Program-made: the position numbers and the translations under genes
Notes under the pieces: model-generated
Databases searched by the model: none
The model's input: only the letters and a program-made list of their open reading frames with translations
What the model was told of the DNA's origin: nothing
Source of the DNA: a virus
Lineage: Duplodnaviria; Caudoviricetes
Direction: 5' to 3' (one strand)
IMG/VR virus record: IMGVR_UViG_3300020047_005740
Coordinates: 777-64,776 of that record
Length of the DNA stretch: 64,000 nt
In this document: positions 27,962-36,889 of the stretch, piece after piece
Layout: each line of letters opens with the position of its first letter
How positions within the stretch are numbered: the first letter of the stretch is position 1

Positions 27962-28795
27962 CTATGCAACTGTTATATCCCACTTAGTACCTAACGCCGT
28001 TGTAAGGTTTCCCCTATTAGTTGCGTCAAGTGCTGACTGATAAATTATACATTCCCCAAGATACCCGTCATAAGCAAAGTTTAACCCAGGGTCTTGTATA
28101 CACAATGGGGGACCGATCTGACTGTCGGTATTATCCGTACTACCTGCTGTAAGGAACGCAGTCGGAGAGTAAATTGCCGTACCATCTACGTACATGGAAA
28201 GCAGCGCATTCGCATAGTCCACAACAACTACCAGGATATGCCAGTTGTTCTTTGCAAAGTCTACAGCGGGTGTAACCGTCGTTAATGAGTCGCTGTCACT
28301 ACGAACACCGCTGAACGAGAAGCGGTAATCTGTACCGTTCTGGTCGATAAGCCTGATGCGTACACGCGGATCCCAGCTACTATTTTCTGTGAACGCTGCG
28401 ATAGTGCAGAAAAACTGAGATATGTCGTCAGGATTAAGTACATACGCAAAGGTCATACCTGATACGTTACGTACAAGACCTAGACTATTCTGTAGCTGAT
28501 ACCAATTTGAGCTACTCTGTGTAACGTCAATCGCACCTAGAGAGTTTTTAACACTCGCTCTCCATAATCCCTGCCGTGCTCCTGTTGTCTGTAATCCAGA
28601 CCTGGAATTCCCTGACCTATCAGTTAGAGTCTGTACAGCCTCGTCAGGTGCTGCTGCATTGCCGCCACTATCCAGACAATAAGTGCTATCGCTACAATCC
28701 AGCCATACGGCAACCGTTCCGTAATCCGCTGGATTAAATGGCGTAGACGCTGGTGTACTGACACTTCCAGCACCAAGCAACGCTAGACCACCCAT
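27962..28795 (-). CDS. LamG/concanavalin A-like domain virion protein
   Basis: VAVWLDCSD...TLTDRSGNSR...WHILVVV...MYVDG...YDGYLGECIIYQSAL motifs. Confidence 0.75.
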   Translation of the reverse strand: MGGLALLGAGSVSTPASTPFNPADYGTVAVWLDCSDSTYCLDSGGNAAAPDEAVQTLTDRSGNSRSGLQTTGARQGLWRASVKNSLGAIDVTQSSSNWYQLQNSLGLVRNVSGMTFAYVLNPDDISQFFCTIAAFTENSSWDPRVRIRLIDQNGTDYRFSFSGVRSDSDSLTTVTPAVDFAKNNWHILVVVVDYANALLSMYVDGTAIYSPTAFLTAGSTDNTDSQIGPPLCIQDPGLNFAYDGYLGECIIYQSALDATNRGNLTTALGTKWDITVA

Positions 28796-28804
28796 TACTC
28801 ACTC

Positions 28805-29662
28805 CTACTGTGCACTAGACGTTCCACCGATTGCCACACGTACCGCAGCACCTGCAGTACCACACTGCACGTTAATCGCTGTATTTGATGCACACCTAAT
28901 TTGCTGTGGGAATGTTATAGAATACCCACCACCATTAGCTGACGCTGGCCCTGTCCAAATAAGTGTAGCCCCACTGTATATGTCTACACGAGTGTTTACT
29001 GACGCATGCATATTCGAGACTGTAATCGCGCTTATGTAAAACCTAGTAGATGCGACGGCAGCTCTAAGTTCTACTGCCGTATTAACATCAATGTCAGCAG
29101 CACTTACTGATGTCCACGTAGTCTCAGGCAATCCATGCAACGCCACTACCTGACGACCGATTAGGTCGGAAAGGTTGAGAATTGATAATCCAGCAGTAAA
29201 TCCTGCAGGATTTGACGACCTACATACAGCGCCCACCATTACAGGTGTCTCTACTGCAGTCTGCCCATGTCCTACAGCACCGACCGTCTGCGTATAGAGG
29301 CGTCCGTTAGCATCAGTATTAATCGTTGCATAATCACCCGCAGTACCTGCTCCTGACGCTGCAGTGTCCCGTCGTACCGACAAGGACATTATGCCCTTGT
29401 CGCCACTTACATGAGCTGCATCTTCTGCCTTAACAAAATCCTGGTCGCTCGCAAGTACAACAGGAATACTCGCTGCTGAGAGCGCCTGCCCGAATGCAAG
29501 GGCTACACCACCTATCTGGTTTACATTGACCGCCGAGGCAACGCCTCCACCTTCAGTGTTTGCAAGAATACCGCACAGAAGGTTTAACGCTGCCTGGTTG
29601 AAAAACTCAGGTCCAACGTTCTGTGGAATACATCCACAAATATCACAACTATTAATCGCCAT
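28805..29662 (-). CDS. Structural protein
   Basis: 285 aa, begins MAINSCDICGC; beta-rich C-terminal domain. Confidence 0.6.
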   Translation of the reverse strand: MAINSCDICGCIPQNVGPEFFNQAALNLLCGILANTEGGGVASAVNVNQIGGVALAFGQALSAASIPVVLASDQDFVKAEDAAHVSGDKGIMSLSVRRDTAASGAGTAGDYATINTDANGRLYTQTVGAVGHGQTAVETPVMVGAVCRSSNPAGFTAGLSILNLSDLIGRQVVALHGLPETTWTSVSAADIDVNTAVELRAAVASTRFYISAITVSNMHASVNTRVDIYSGATLIWTGPASANGGGYSITFPQQIRCASNTAINVQCGTAGAAVRVAIGGTSSAQ

Positions 29663-29677
29663 AGTCGTTCCTCAAGA

Positions 29678-29700
29678 ATGGGGGAGGTTTCCCTCCCCCT
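29678..29700 (-). terminator. Hairpin, copy 2 of identical 23-nt element
   Basis: Minus strand GGGGGAGG-GAAA-CCTCCCCC followed by ATTCTT. Confidence 0.6.
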
Positions 29701-29706
29701 ATTTTA

Positions 29707-30108
29707 TTACGCGCCTTGGAAGAGTCTTCCGTAGATGTACACATCTGCCGTCGCTGCTGCACCTTGTCCGGTGGTAAGCGAAAGGTAGATCGTACTTACT
29801 GTAAGAACATCCGTAAGTGACGCGCCCGTGAGGGTCAACGCAACATACTTGGTCGCTGCGGTAAGTGCGCTATACACTTGACCTGCTGCAACAATCGCCC
29901 CTGACTTAGAAGCCGCAGTGTATACACCCCCAGCCGCAGTCGTAAGCGAGATGCTCGCATTAGTCACTACGATACGTTCTACAACGTACTTAGTGAATTG
30001 GTCGTTCAACCCTTGAATGGTAATACCCTGGTCGGTCGTAACATTCATGTTCGCGCCAATCAGCTTACCGATAACTCGATAATCTTCAGGAAAATAATGT
30101 GCACCCAT
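29707..30108 (-). CDS. Capsid decoration protein, putative
   Basis: 133 aa from ATG 30108 (GGAG RBS), directly downstream of the MCP. Confidence 0.5.
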   Translation of the reverse strand: MGAHYFPEDYRVIGKLIGANMNVTTDQGITIQGLNDQFTKYVVERIVVTNASISLTTAAGGVYTAASKSGAIVAAGQVYSALTAATKYVALTLTGASLTDVLTVSTIYLSLTTGQGAAATADVYIYGRLFQGA

Positions 30109-30127
30109 ACATACTCCGTTAATCAAA

Positions 30128-30150
30128 ATGGGGGAGGTTTCCCTCCCCCT
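30128..30150 (-). terminator. Hairpin terminator downstream of MCP, copy 1 of identical 23-nt element
   Basis: Minus strand GGGGGAGG-GAAA-CCTCCCCC-ATTTTGATT. Confidence 0.7.
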
Positions 30151-30158
30151 TTAAAGTG

Positions 30159-32048
30159 TTAGCTCGCGCAAGCAGTGACCACAGGTGAGGTACCACAAGC
30201 AGGGCAGGTTGCATCCGTTGAAGGAGGCACACAGACACTCACAATGCCATTACGGTCACAGTTGAGGTCAGTGTTAAGCCCAGTTGTTCCAGCACCAGTT
30301 GGGTCATCCGTTGGCCCGTAGCCAGCAGAGTACTCAAGCACCCACTCGTTGGTCTGCATGTCAACCGACACAACATCGAAGTGCTGCGTAGTTCCATCAC
30401 CCATGTATCCGTAGATGATGTCACCAGCAGTTACCGCCTTAATCGGGTTAGCGAGGATAACTTTGAAGTTACCAGTCTCACCCGTACGGCAATCACTTAC
30501 CTGAAGTACCGAGGAGCTACAGCCAAGCGTATCGTCACAGAAGACGAACGTGAAGCCGTTGCAGTTACTAATCACAGTGCTCGTAGAGAACTGGATGGAC
30601 AACGTTAGATGGTCGGTTGAGATTGCGCTCACCGTTCCAGTTAGGTATCCACCAGTCGCAATGCCGATCTGGATAGTATCGTTTACAGCCGCATCGATTG
30701 GCACCCCAAACACGATTGTGTAACGTCCAGCGTTGAACGCATCCGCAGTCGCGCTGAGTACAAGAGGACATGGGCAATTGATGATCGCCGGAACCTCGTT
30801 GTCGCACTCAGAAGCTGCAGGAGGACATACCGCTGCCGGGAAGAACTCTGCAACCATGCTCTGAGGAGGTCTAGGAACCATAATCGCGTATACTCCACCA
30901 GAGTATTGAGGTGACAGAGCCATCTCAATAGAAGTTGCATAGAACCCAGAACGACGGAAAGGATCGCTATCCGTTTGCGGATTGACCCACATCCACTGAT
31001 TCATGAACGACGGCTCAGGTCCGAATGATGTTCCTTCACCAATGGTCGTAATCTGGTCACGGTAGAATACCGAGAACGGGCTACGTCCGTAGAGTAGAAC
31101 TTCTTCGTAATCTGCACTTTCCCACGCTGGGTTAAGGTCAGAGAATGTTCCGAGTTCAGCAGGGATTCCGTTAACGAATGGGAACACCTCAACCCACTGG
31201 CTACTCACGTAGTTAAACCTACGAGGGTAGAGAAGTGGAGCATTGATGAACTGCCCACGAATAGAACTCATGAAGTTATACCGTGTGAGCGTTGCATCAG
31301 CAGCCGAGCTGAACCGAAGGTCAGCACGAGCATTTGCATCCGTGAGGTAAATCGCATCCATCACTTCGTCAGAAGCTGAGATTGCATAGATAGGTTGTCC
31401 ATTCTGGACATCGAAAGGAAGAACGTCCGAACGTCTACGAAGGTTCTCATAGAGCTTCGAGAGCATACGAACATTCAGCTTAGACAATGTAGCAGTACCA
31501 AGTGCTCGGTACTGATAAGGGTCTGCGCTGTTTCCTTTGATACCGGCAGAGTCAACGATGAGCTTCTTGGCGATACCAGTGAGGAAATTCTGCCCGATGT
31601 TGATTTCCTTGAAGAAGGCAACCTGGGTTTGAATGTTCTCGATGATCTTCGCAAAGGTCTGCTCGAACTCATGTGCAGACTTAATCTCATTGACGCAGTA
31701 GGTGTCCGTCTTGAACTCCCGACGCATTAGAGAAATAAGCCGACGCTCAAAGCCATGACCAGAAAACTGAGTAAAGTCATATGAGCAGTCGTTGGTACAC
31801 GGTTCACAACCAGCCGATGATGCGAGCTTCTTCCAACGGTCGAATCCACGCTCTACTTCGGGCATTGAGCCACGAAATACAAGCTGCTGCATTACGTTGT
31901 CATTTGCTTCCCATCGCTTGAGTTCCCATACATCTGCCAACCACATTGGCATCTTGTAGGAAAGATCTAGGATTTCTGACGCGATATCAGGTGTCGCGGC
32001 CAGAAAAGCCTGGTTGAATGTTTCGGTAGTGGTAAGAGTACCCCCCAT
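30159..32048 (-). CDS. Major capsid protein with about 230-aa Cys-rich C-terminal extension
   Basis: Follows portal and scaffold-like genes and is followed by a terminator; N-terminal 400 aa is a typical HK97-fold MCP size. Assignment mainly by synteny. Confidence 0.7.
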   Translation of the reverse strand: MGGTLTTTETFNQAFLAATPDIASEILDLSYKMPMWLADVWELKRWEANDNVMQQLVFRGSMPEVERGFDRWKKLASSAGCEPCTNDCSYDFTQFSGHGFERRLISLMRREFKTDTYCVNEIKSAHEFEQTFAKIIENIQTQVAFFKEINIGQNFLTGIAKKLIVDSAGIKGNSADPYQYRALGTATLSKLNVRMLSKLYENLRRRSDVLPFDVQNGQPIYAISASDEVMDAIYLTDANARADLRFSSAADATLTRYNFMSSIRGQFINAPLLYPRRFNYVSSQWVEVFPFVNGIPAELGTFSDLNPAWESADYEEVLLYGRSPFSVFYRDQITTIGEGTSFGPEPSFMNQWMWVNPQTDSDPFRRSGFYATSIEMALSPQYSGGVYAIMVPRPPQSMVAEFFPAAVCPPAASECDNEVPAIINCPCPLVLSATADAFNAGRYTIVFGVPIDAAVNDTIQIGIATGGYLTGTVSAISTDHLTLSIQFSTSTVISNCNGFTFVFCDDTLGCSSSVLQVSDCRTGETGNFKVILANPIKAVTAGDIIYGYMGDGTTQHFDVVSVDMQTNEWVLEYSAGYGPTDDPTGAGTTGLNTDLNCDRNGIVSVCVPPSTDATCPACGTSPVVTACAS

Positions 32049-32179
32049 ATAATCACCTTAAAATGTAAAGTTATTAGTGCCTACGTACTTTACGCGAGGG
32101 AACCTCGGAGTTTTACCGTGTACGCAGGTTAGACCTGGATAACTATAGGGTGACTATAAGTGACTTAAATGTAAATAAC

Positions 32180-33451
32180 CTATTTCCTATTGGAGTCTAG
32201 GACTCTACCAAGAACGTTCCTGGCCGCTGCAGCCGGACCCTTGGCTTCTGTCTGTTTAACACTTGACGCGTTGGAGTTACCATTTACACCAGGTCTACCG
32301 ACCGTATTACGTGTCTTTAGTATACCTTCTAATTCAGACACACGGGCCTGGAGCTTACTCCTCTCAACCGCCAATACACCCGCCTGATGAGCGAGTTGAG
32401 TCATACGGCTCATTGCTGACGCTGCTTCTTTAGGCAACGCCGTAAGCCCGTGCTGTGCGAGAATCTTGATAATCTTTCCGTACTCCTGGCCTGCTCGTGT
32501 AAGTATAGGTCGGACTACCTTTTCATTGTGCTCAGTGTCCCCTTCCCTGTATACCAGCTCTGGGAACCTCTTATCCTCACGAAGTCCTGACAGGCTCTCC
32601 GTCCAGGCGTCTCTTGACGTGTTGGCAATCATCTCGTTTGCCCGATGTCTTTCTGCTTCTACGATTTGCTTATTCTCTTCCTCGATACGGGCAAGAACCT
32701 TTACGGGTTCCTTCTCTGCCTCAAGAGCATCAGTCTCTATCTTCTTCATGCTACTGAAGATGCTCTTTGCTTCCAACGCTCCGATGTCGTCTTTGATGTA
32801 TGCAGACAGGATTCTATTCTGTTCAGCTACACTTGTAGCATTATAAGCTGCGTCTAATACCGACGGGTCTATCTTGTAGTCCGTGGCTATCTTATTTAGT
32901 TTCCCTTTTTCTTCTGCAAGTGGTTCAACAAATCTTTTACGATAAGTAGGAGAAGACTTAATAGCGTAGATTTTTTCATATTTCTCAAGCTCCTCAAGAC
33001 GCGCCTGTTGTTGTGATACTAATTCTGGCATGGCTAGGCCAGTTTCGTAATCCGTAACTTTTTTCCTGAGTGTCTCAGCTTCTGCTTTGTACTCGTTTGT
33101 CTTCTTACTTACGTTCTTAATAATGCTGCGTAACCGCTTGATAGCATTCTCTCCAGCAGGTGCCTTAACATCGTTTCCAATGGTATCAGGGTCAACAGCA
33201 TCTGGGTCTTCCGGTTCTGATGGGACGTACTGTGGTTCCTGCTTAACAGGTTCTTCTACTACAGGAGCAGCACTCTCTATAACGGGAGGCGTTATAGGTT
33301 CAGCAACGGCAACAGGTTCAGCAGCCTTAACAACACCAGGCTCTGGAGGAAGGAATTTATCTCCCCCTGGTACGCGCTTTAATATATCCCTTGCTCGGTT
33401 CGGACTACGCTTTACTTCAACCTGTATACCGTTATCAACATTACCTTCCAT
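32180..33451 (-). CDS. Scaffolding protein, putative
   Basis: 423 aa, Pro/Glu-rich N-terminus and long coiled coil, between portal and MCP. Confidence 0.65.
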   Translation of the reverse strand: MEGNVDNGIQVEVKRSPNRARDILKRVPGGDKFLPPEPGVVKAAEPVAVAEPITPPVIESAAPVVEEPVKQEPQYVPSEPEDPDAVDPDTIGNDVKAPAGENAIKRLRSIIKNVSKKTNEYKAEAETLRKKVTDYETGLAMPELVSQQQARLEELEKYEKIYAIKSSPTYRKRFVEPLAEEKGKLNKIATDYKIDPSVLDAAYNATSVAEQNRILSAYIKDDIGALEAKSIFSSMKKIETDALEAEKEPVKVLARIEEENKQIVEAERHRANEMIANTSRDAWTESLSGLREDKRFPELVYREGDTEHNEKVVRPILTRAGQEYGKIIKILAQHGLTALPKEAASAMSRMTQLAHQAGVLAVERSKLQARVSELEGILKTRNTVGRPGVNGNSNASSVKQTEAKGPAAAARNVLGRVLDSNRK

Positions 33452-33800
33452 TATCTAAGTCCTTTTTAGTAAGGTCACCCTTATCAAGTGCCAGTTTAAG
33501 TGCTCCGAAGTCTGCTTTAACCTTCTTAAAGTTAGATAGGTCATTACAGTACAGCTCATCGAAATACATTATATCGTCCAGTGCTTTGTTATATCCTTCG
33601 ACAAACGCGGCCATGTACGCTGACTGGTAGGGATTTGCTCCCTGATTGATAGCGAATGGTCTGGCAAATGTACGTAGGAATGCAACGAATCCTGAGTCAC
33701 GGAGTTTCACCACTGCTTCAGATAGCATCTGTCTTGCAGTACCGTTCTTCTTAAACCGTTCAAACTCTATGTCTAGTACGTTCACATTTGCCGTGGCCAT
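33441..33800 (-). CDS. Hypothetical protein
   Basis: 119 aa between portal and scaffold. Confidence 0.6.
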   Translation of the reverse strand: MATANVNVLDIEFERFKKNGTARQMLSEAVVKLRDSGFVAFLRTFARPFAINQGANPYQSAYMAAFVEGYNKALDDIMYFDELYCNDLSNFKKVKADFGALKLALDKGDLTKKDLDNGR

Positions 33801-33806
33801 ATATCC

Positions 33807-36254
33807 TTATTCAAAGTCTACAGTTGATGGTGTGTTACCGATTATCCCTGCCAGTTGAGATGAGAGCATCTCAGGAGGCGTGTTCATCAGTTCGTCCTGA
33901 CTCCTCCCCTTAGCAGTAGCAAGCCTCTTATTCTCCGCTTCAAGCTCTACCTGCCGTCTCTTTATCTCAGCATCTTTCTCCACCTTTTCCTTCATGATCT
34001 CAGCCCTTGTCTCGTTCGCCTTATCCGAACGCTCGACCTGTTTCTGTACCTTGAAGTCAGAACGCTGTGCGTCACGTTGTGCCACGAAGTCCTTACGCTG
34101 TGCGTCAGACATAACTTCCTGCGTAGCTGCAGCATCTTCCTGTTGCTTCCTCATAGCTGCGGTAATCATTGCTTGAGCGTTACGTCTATTGAGCTGTGCC
34201 CATCTGACGAACTGGTTATACGGTTCCTCAATACGCCTCATTGTCTCGGCGTAGAACATAGGCGCTCTTGCCATGAACTGAATATGTTCCGTCAGATGCG
34301 GCAATAGTAACGCTGCTATCTTATCCGCATCTACTGGAGACATCTGCTGTTGAGACACCGCCTGCACGAGTCTACTACCCTCGCCCATATGTTCATCAGC
34401 GTGAGCTGACTGATCATTGTCAGGGCTGAACAGCACTTCCTTGCCAAGCGACATCAATCCGTTTTCCACCTTCGCCAGTGAGGCCCCACCAGTGATCTCA
34501 TCACCCACATCATCAGTTGCAAACGTATCCACATAATCCACACCCATCGTCGCTGTTACCCATTCACGTTTCCACGCCGCCATTTCCGGTGGATTGAACG
34601 TAGGAGCAATTGTCTGCAGTGACTCAAGCCCCATGATACGAGCAAGTGTTGACCCGTCTCCTGCAACACGCGCAGCTTTAACTGACCTAAACTGAATAGG
34701 CAACCCGTGCAGTCCTTTCTTACCCGTGTCAAATAAAATCTCAGGTACTCCGTCTTCCAGACACCTGCGTTTGAATTCCTTCGCCAGCTCATACCCAGGA
34801 GCCCCTTCCTTCATCGTAAGGAACCGAACGAATGTAAGCCGCACCACCTTATCAAACGTGTTGTAGAAGTGAGCAACGATGTTCTTAAGAACACCGAACT
34901 CCCTAAACGACCGCTGCCGCGCTTCCGACGGTGATATCGAACCCTGCGACCTGTCAGGAACGGACGGGTCATCCCCACTATTAATCGCGTTCATGTCAAT
35001 CGATTGGGTTAGGTACTGAGAAGCACCTACGAGCTGTTCGATATTGGCTCCAAGGTTATTCTGTACAAACTCTGCAGCCCCGATATCAGTAGGTACACCA
35101 GACCAGAATCTGATTGCCTCTGCGTTACGTCCACCAGTTGCGAGCGTTCGTATGAGTGGCGTACTACTCATCTTCGCCATGTCAACAATGGAGCAATCAA
35201 GCATGTTAATCGCCTGCGATGCGGCGTACATCTTCTGCCCAAGTCCAAGGTTACCATGCACACACCACTCACCAGGGGAGGCAGTGAATACAATGATTGC
35301 TTCCTCCATGCTGCTGTACTGTCTATCTACGAAGTACATGAAGTCTTGGGTGGTGACATCAGACCCAACGGATACATTGTTGAACATGTCTGAGCTAAAG
35401 ATGTAATGGGATATCTTCCCATCGTATTCTTTCTGGTACATGTTCACCAACCTAACAGTGTCGGTAAAATACTGGTTTACCGTTGCGTCGTTATTATTGA
35501 TGAACCTCTGCCAGGTCAATGTATCGAAGACGGGGGACTGCGTGTTTACCGTTAATGCATTAGCACGAAGAATAAGAAAGTCTCCAAGTGCTTCTTTGTT
35601 CCATGGTCCACCATCCTCTGCCTTCTCGTATATCTGGTACAGTTCCTGCACGGTGTATGTCGTGTCTACGGATACATTCGACAGCTTACTAATAAACGTC
35701 TGTGCGTTTGATGGAATGTAGAACCGAGACACGTCCACCACTTCCCACATTGGAGATTCTTCGTGTGGGAATATGACAGGACAAAGCCCGAATTTTACAA
35801 GCTGCGCTCCGAGCAGGTTGAAATTAGGAGCGAAGTCTTCCCATTCCTTTACGATATCGCTGAAATGCCTTGCGATTATGCCTGCGTACTCGGAAGCTTT
35901 GGGTATCTTTAACCCAATCACAATCTTTACAAACACTTCCGTACTGTTAATGAGGTTCCAAAAACCCCCTGCCGATTTCTCGTATGACGACCGAGCCTTG
36001 AAATTATTGTAGTTCGTTATGTGGCCTAGCCCATTCTCTTCCAGTTCTTCCTGGCTGTAGGGAGTATTACCACCAATCATACCCTCGATTGCTGCATATA
36101 CCTTGATACGCTCTATGTGGTCGGACCTTAGTGTTGTGTACTGCTGGTACGCTGCAGACACTGTTTTCAATATATTATCCGGTGCTGTCACGCTACCATC
36201 TGCGTTACGTACGAGCATTGCACGGATGAACGGGGATATTGAATCTAGGTACAT
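33807..36254 (-). CDS. Portal protein, putative
   Basis: 815 aa, helical, with Gln/Lys/Glu-rich C-terminal coiled coil like podoviral barrel portals; synteny. Confidence 0.7.
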   Translation of the reverse strand: MYLDSISPFIRAMLVRNADGSVTAPDNILKTVSAAYQQYTTLRSDHIERIKVYAAIEGMIGGNTPYSQEELEENGLGHITNYNNFKARSSYEKSAGGFWNLINSTEVFVKIVIGLKIPKASEYAGIIARHFSDIVKEWEDFAPNFNLLGAQLVKFGLCPVIFPHEESPMWEVVDVSRFYIPSNAQTFISKLSNVSVDTTYTVQELYQIYEKAEDGGPWNKEALGDFLILRANALTVNTQSPVFDTLTWQRFINNNDATVNQYFTDTVRLVNMYQKEYDGKISHYIFSSDMFNNVSVGSDVTTQDFMYFVDRQYSSMEEAIIVFTASPGEWCVHGNLGLGQKMYAASQAINMLDCSIVDMAKMSSTPLIRTLATGGRNAEAIRFWSGVPTDIGAAEFVQNNLGANIEQLVGASQYLTQSIDMNAINSGDDPSVPDRSQGSISPSEARQRSFREFGVLKNIVAHFYNTFDKVVRLTFVRFLTMKEGAPGYELAKEFKRRCLEDGVPEILFDTGKKGLHGLPIQFRSVKAARVAGDGSTLARIMGLESLQTIAPTFNPPEMAAWKREWVTATMGVDYVDTFATDDVGDEITGGASLAKVENGLMSLGKEVLFSPDNDQSAHADEHMGEGSRLVQAVSQQQMSPVDADKIAALLLPHLTEHIQFMARAPMFYAETMRRIEEPYNQFVRWAQLNRRNAQAMITAAMRKQQEDAAATQEVMSDAQRKDFVAQRDAQRSDFKVQKQVERSDKANETRAEIMKEKVEKDAEIKRRQVELEAENKRLATAKGRSQDELMNTPPEMLSSQLAGIIGNTPSTVDFE

Positions 36255-36257
36255 AGG

Positions 36258-36845
36258 TTACTCCTGACCACTCAGCTTAAGCTGCCAACATTTGACATGC
36301 CTCATCTCCTGTACCTCATTGTCAGGAAACGCAGGCAACGGAGGTGCTACGAATACCTTACTCCTCAGTGGGCAGGTACATACACCGCAGTTGCCAAGCT
36401 CATTATGCAGCGAGGTCTTCCTTTCTCCAACCTGCTGAATAGCGACCTCATCAGACCAGGCCATAAATGGCCCCTTATCAGGAAACGTATTATGTGGGCA
36501 GGCCACACATTGCTTAGCCCGTACCTCGGCCTCTGCCTGGGACGCGAACCGTGGAAACATCATATTACGGAGCAGCGACATACCTCCGTGTAGGTACTGC
36601 ACTACCGACCGACCCAGTGTCAGCTCCTTACACTTCCCCACATTGCACGGTAACCCGCACATGTAGTTGTCTACGACCTCGCGTAGGAATTCGATAGGTG
36701 CAAGCCTATTCTGTAATCTGTATGTTATTATGTCTCTGTATAAACCAGCGAGTGTGGTATTCGTGTATATATGGCCGTTGTCAGGGTCTTTGAACTCGAT
36801 TGCCCCAGAAGCCTCAAACGGTTTGAATGTTCTAAACATACGCAC
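36258..36845 (-). CDS. Cys-rich hypothetical protein (possible Zn-binding)
   Basis: CxxxC, CVAC and CGVCTC motifs; first gene of the morphogenesis operon. Confidence 0.6.
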   Translation of the reverse strand: MRMFRTFKPFEASGAIEFKDPDNGHIYTNTTLAGLYRDIITYRLQNRLAPIEFLREVVDNYMCGLPCNVGKCKELTLGRSVVQYLHGGMSLLRNMMFPRFASQAEAEVRAKQCVACPHNTFPDKGPFMAWSDEVAIQQVGERKTSLHNELGNCGVCTCPLRSKVFVAPPLPAFPDNEVQEMRHVKCWQLKLSGQE

Positions 36846-36889
36846 TGTAATGCAGTGGATAAAATGTGTAGCCCGATCCTAACATAGAT

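Noticed and set aside
32143-32167. SP6/T7-like promoter resemblance (GGGTGACTATAAG) upstream of MCP
   Set aside because: Resemblance is on the strand opposite to the MCP, the match is loose, it is not repeated elsewhere that I could see, and no single-subunit RNA polymerase is in the window.
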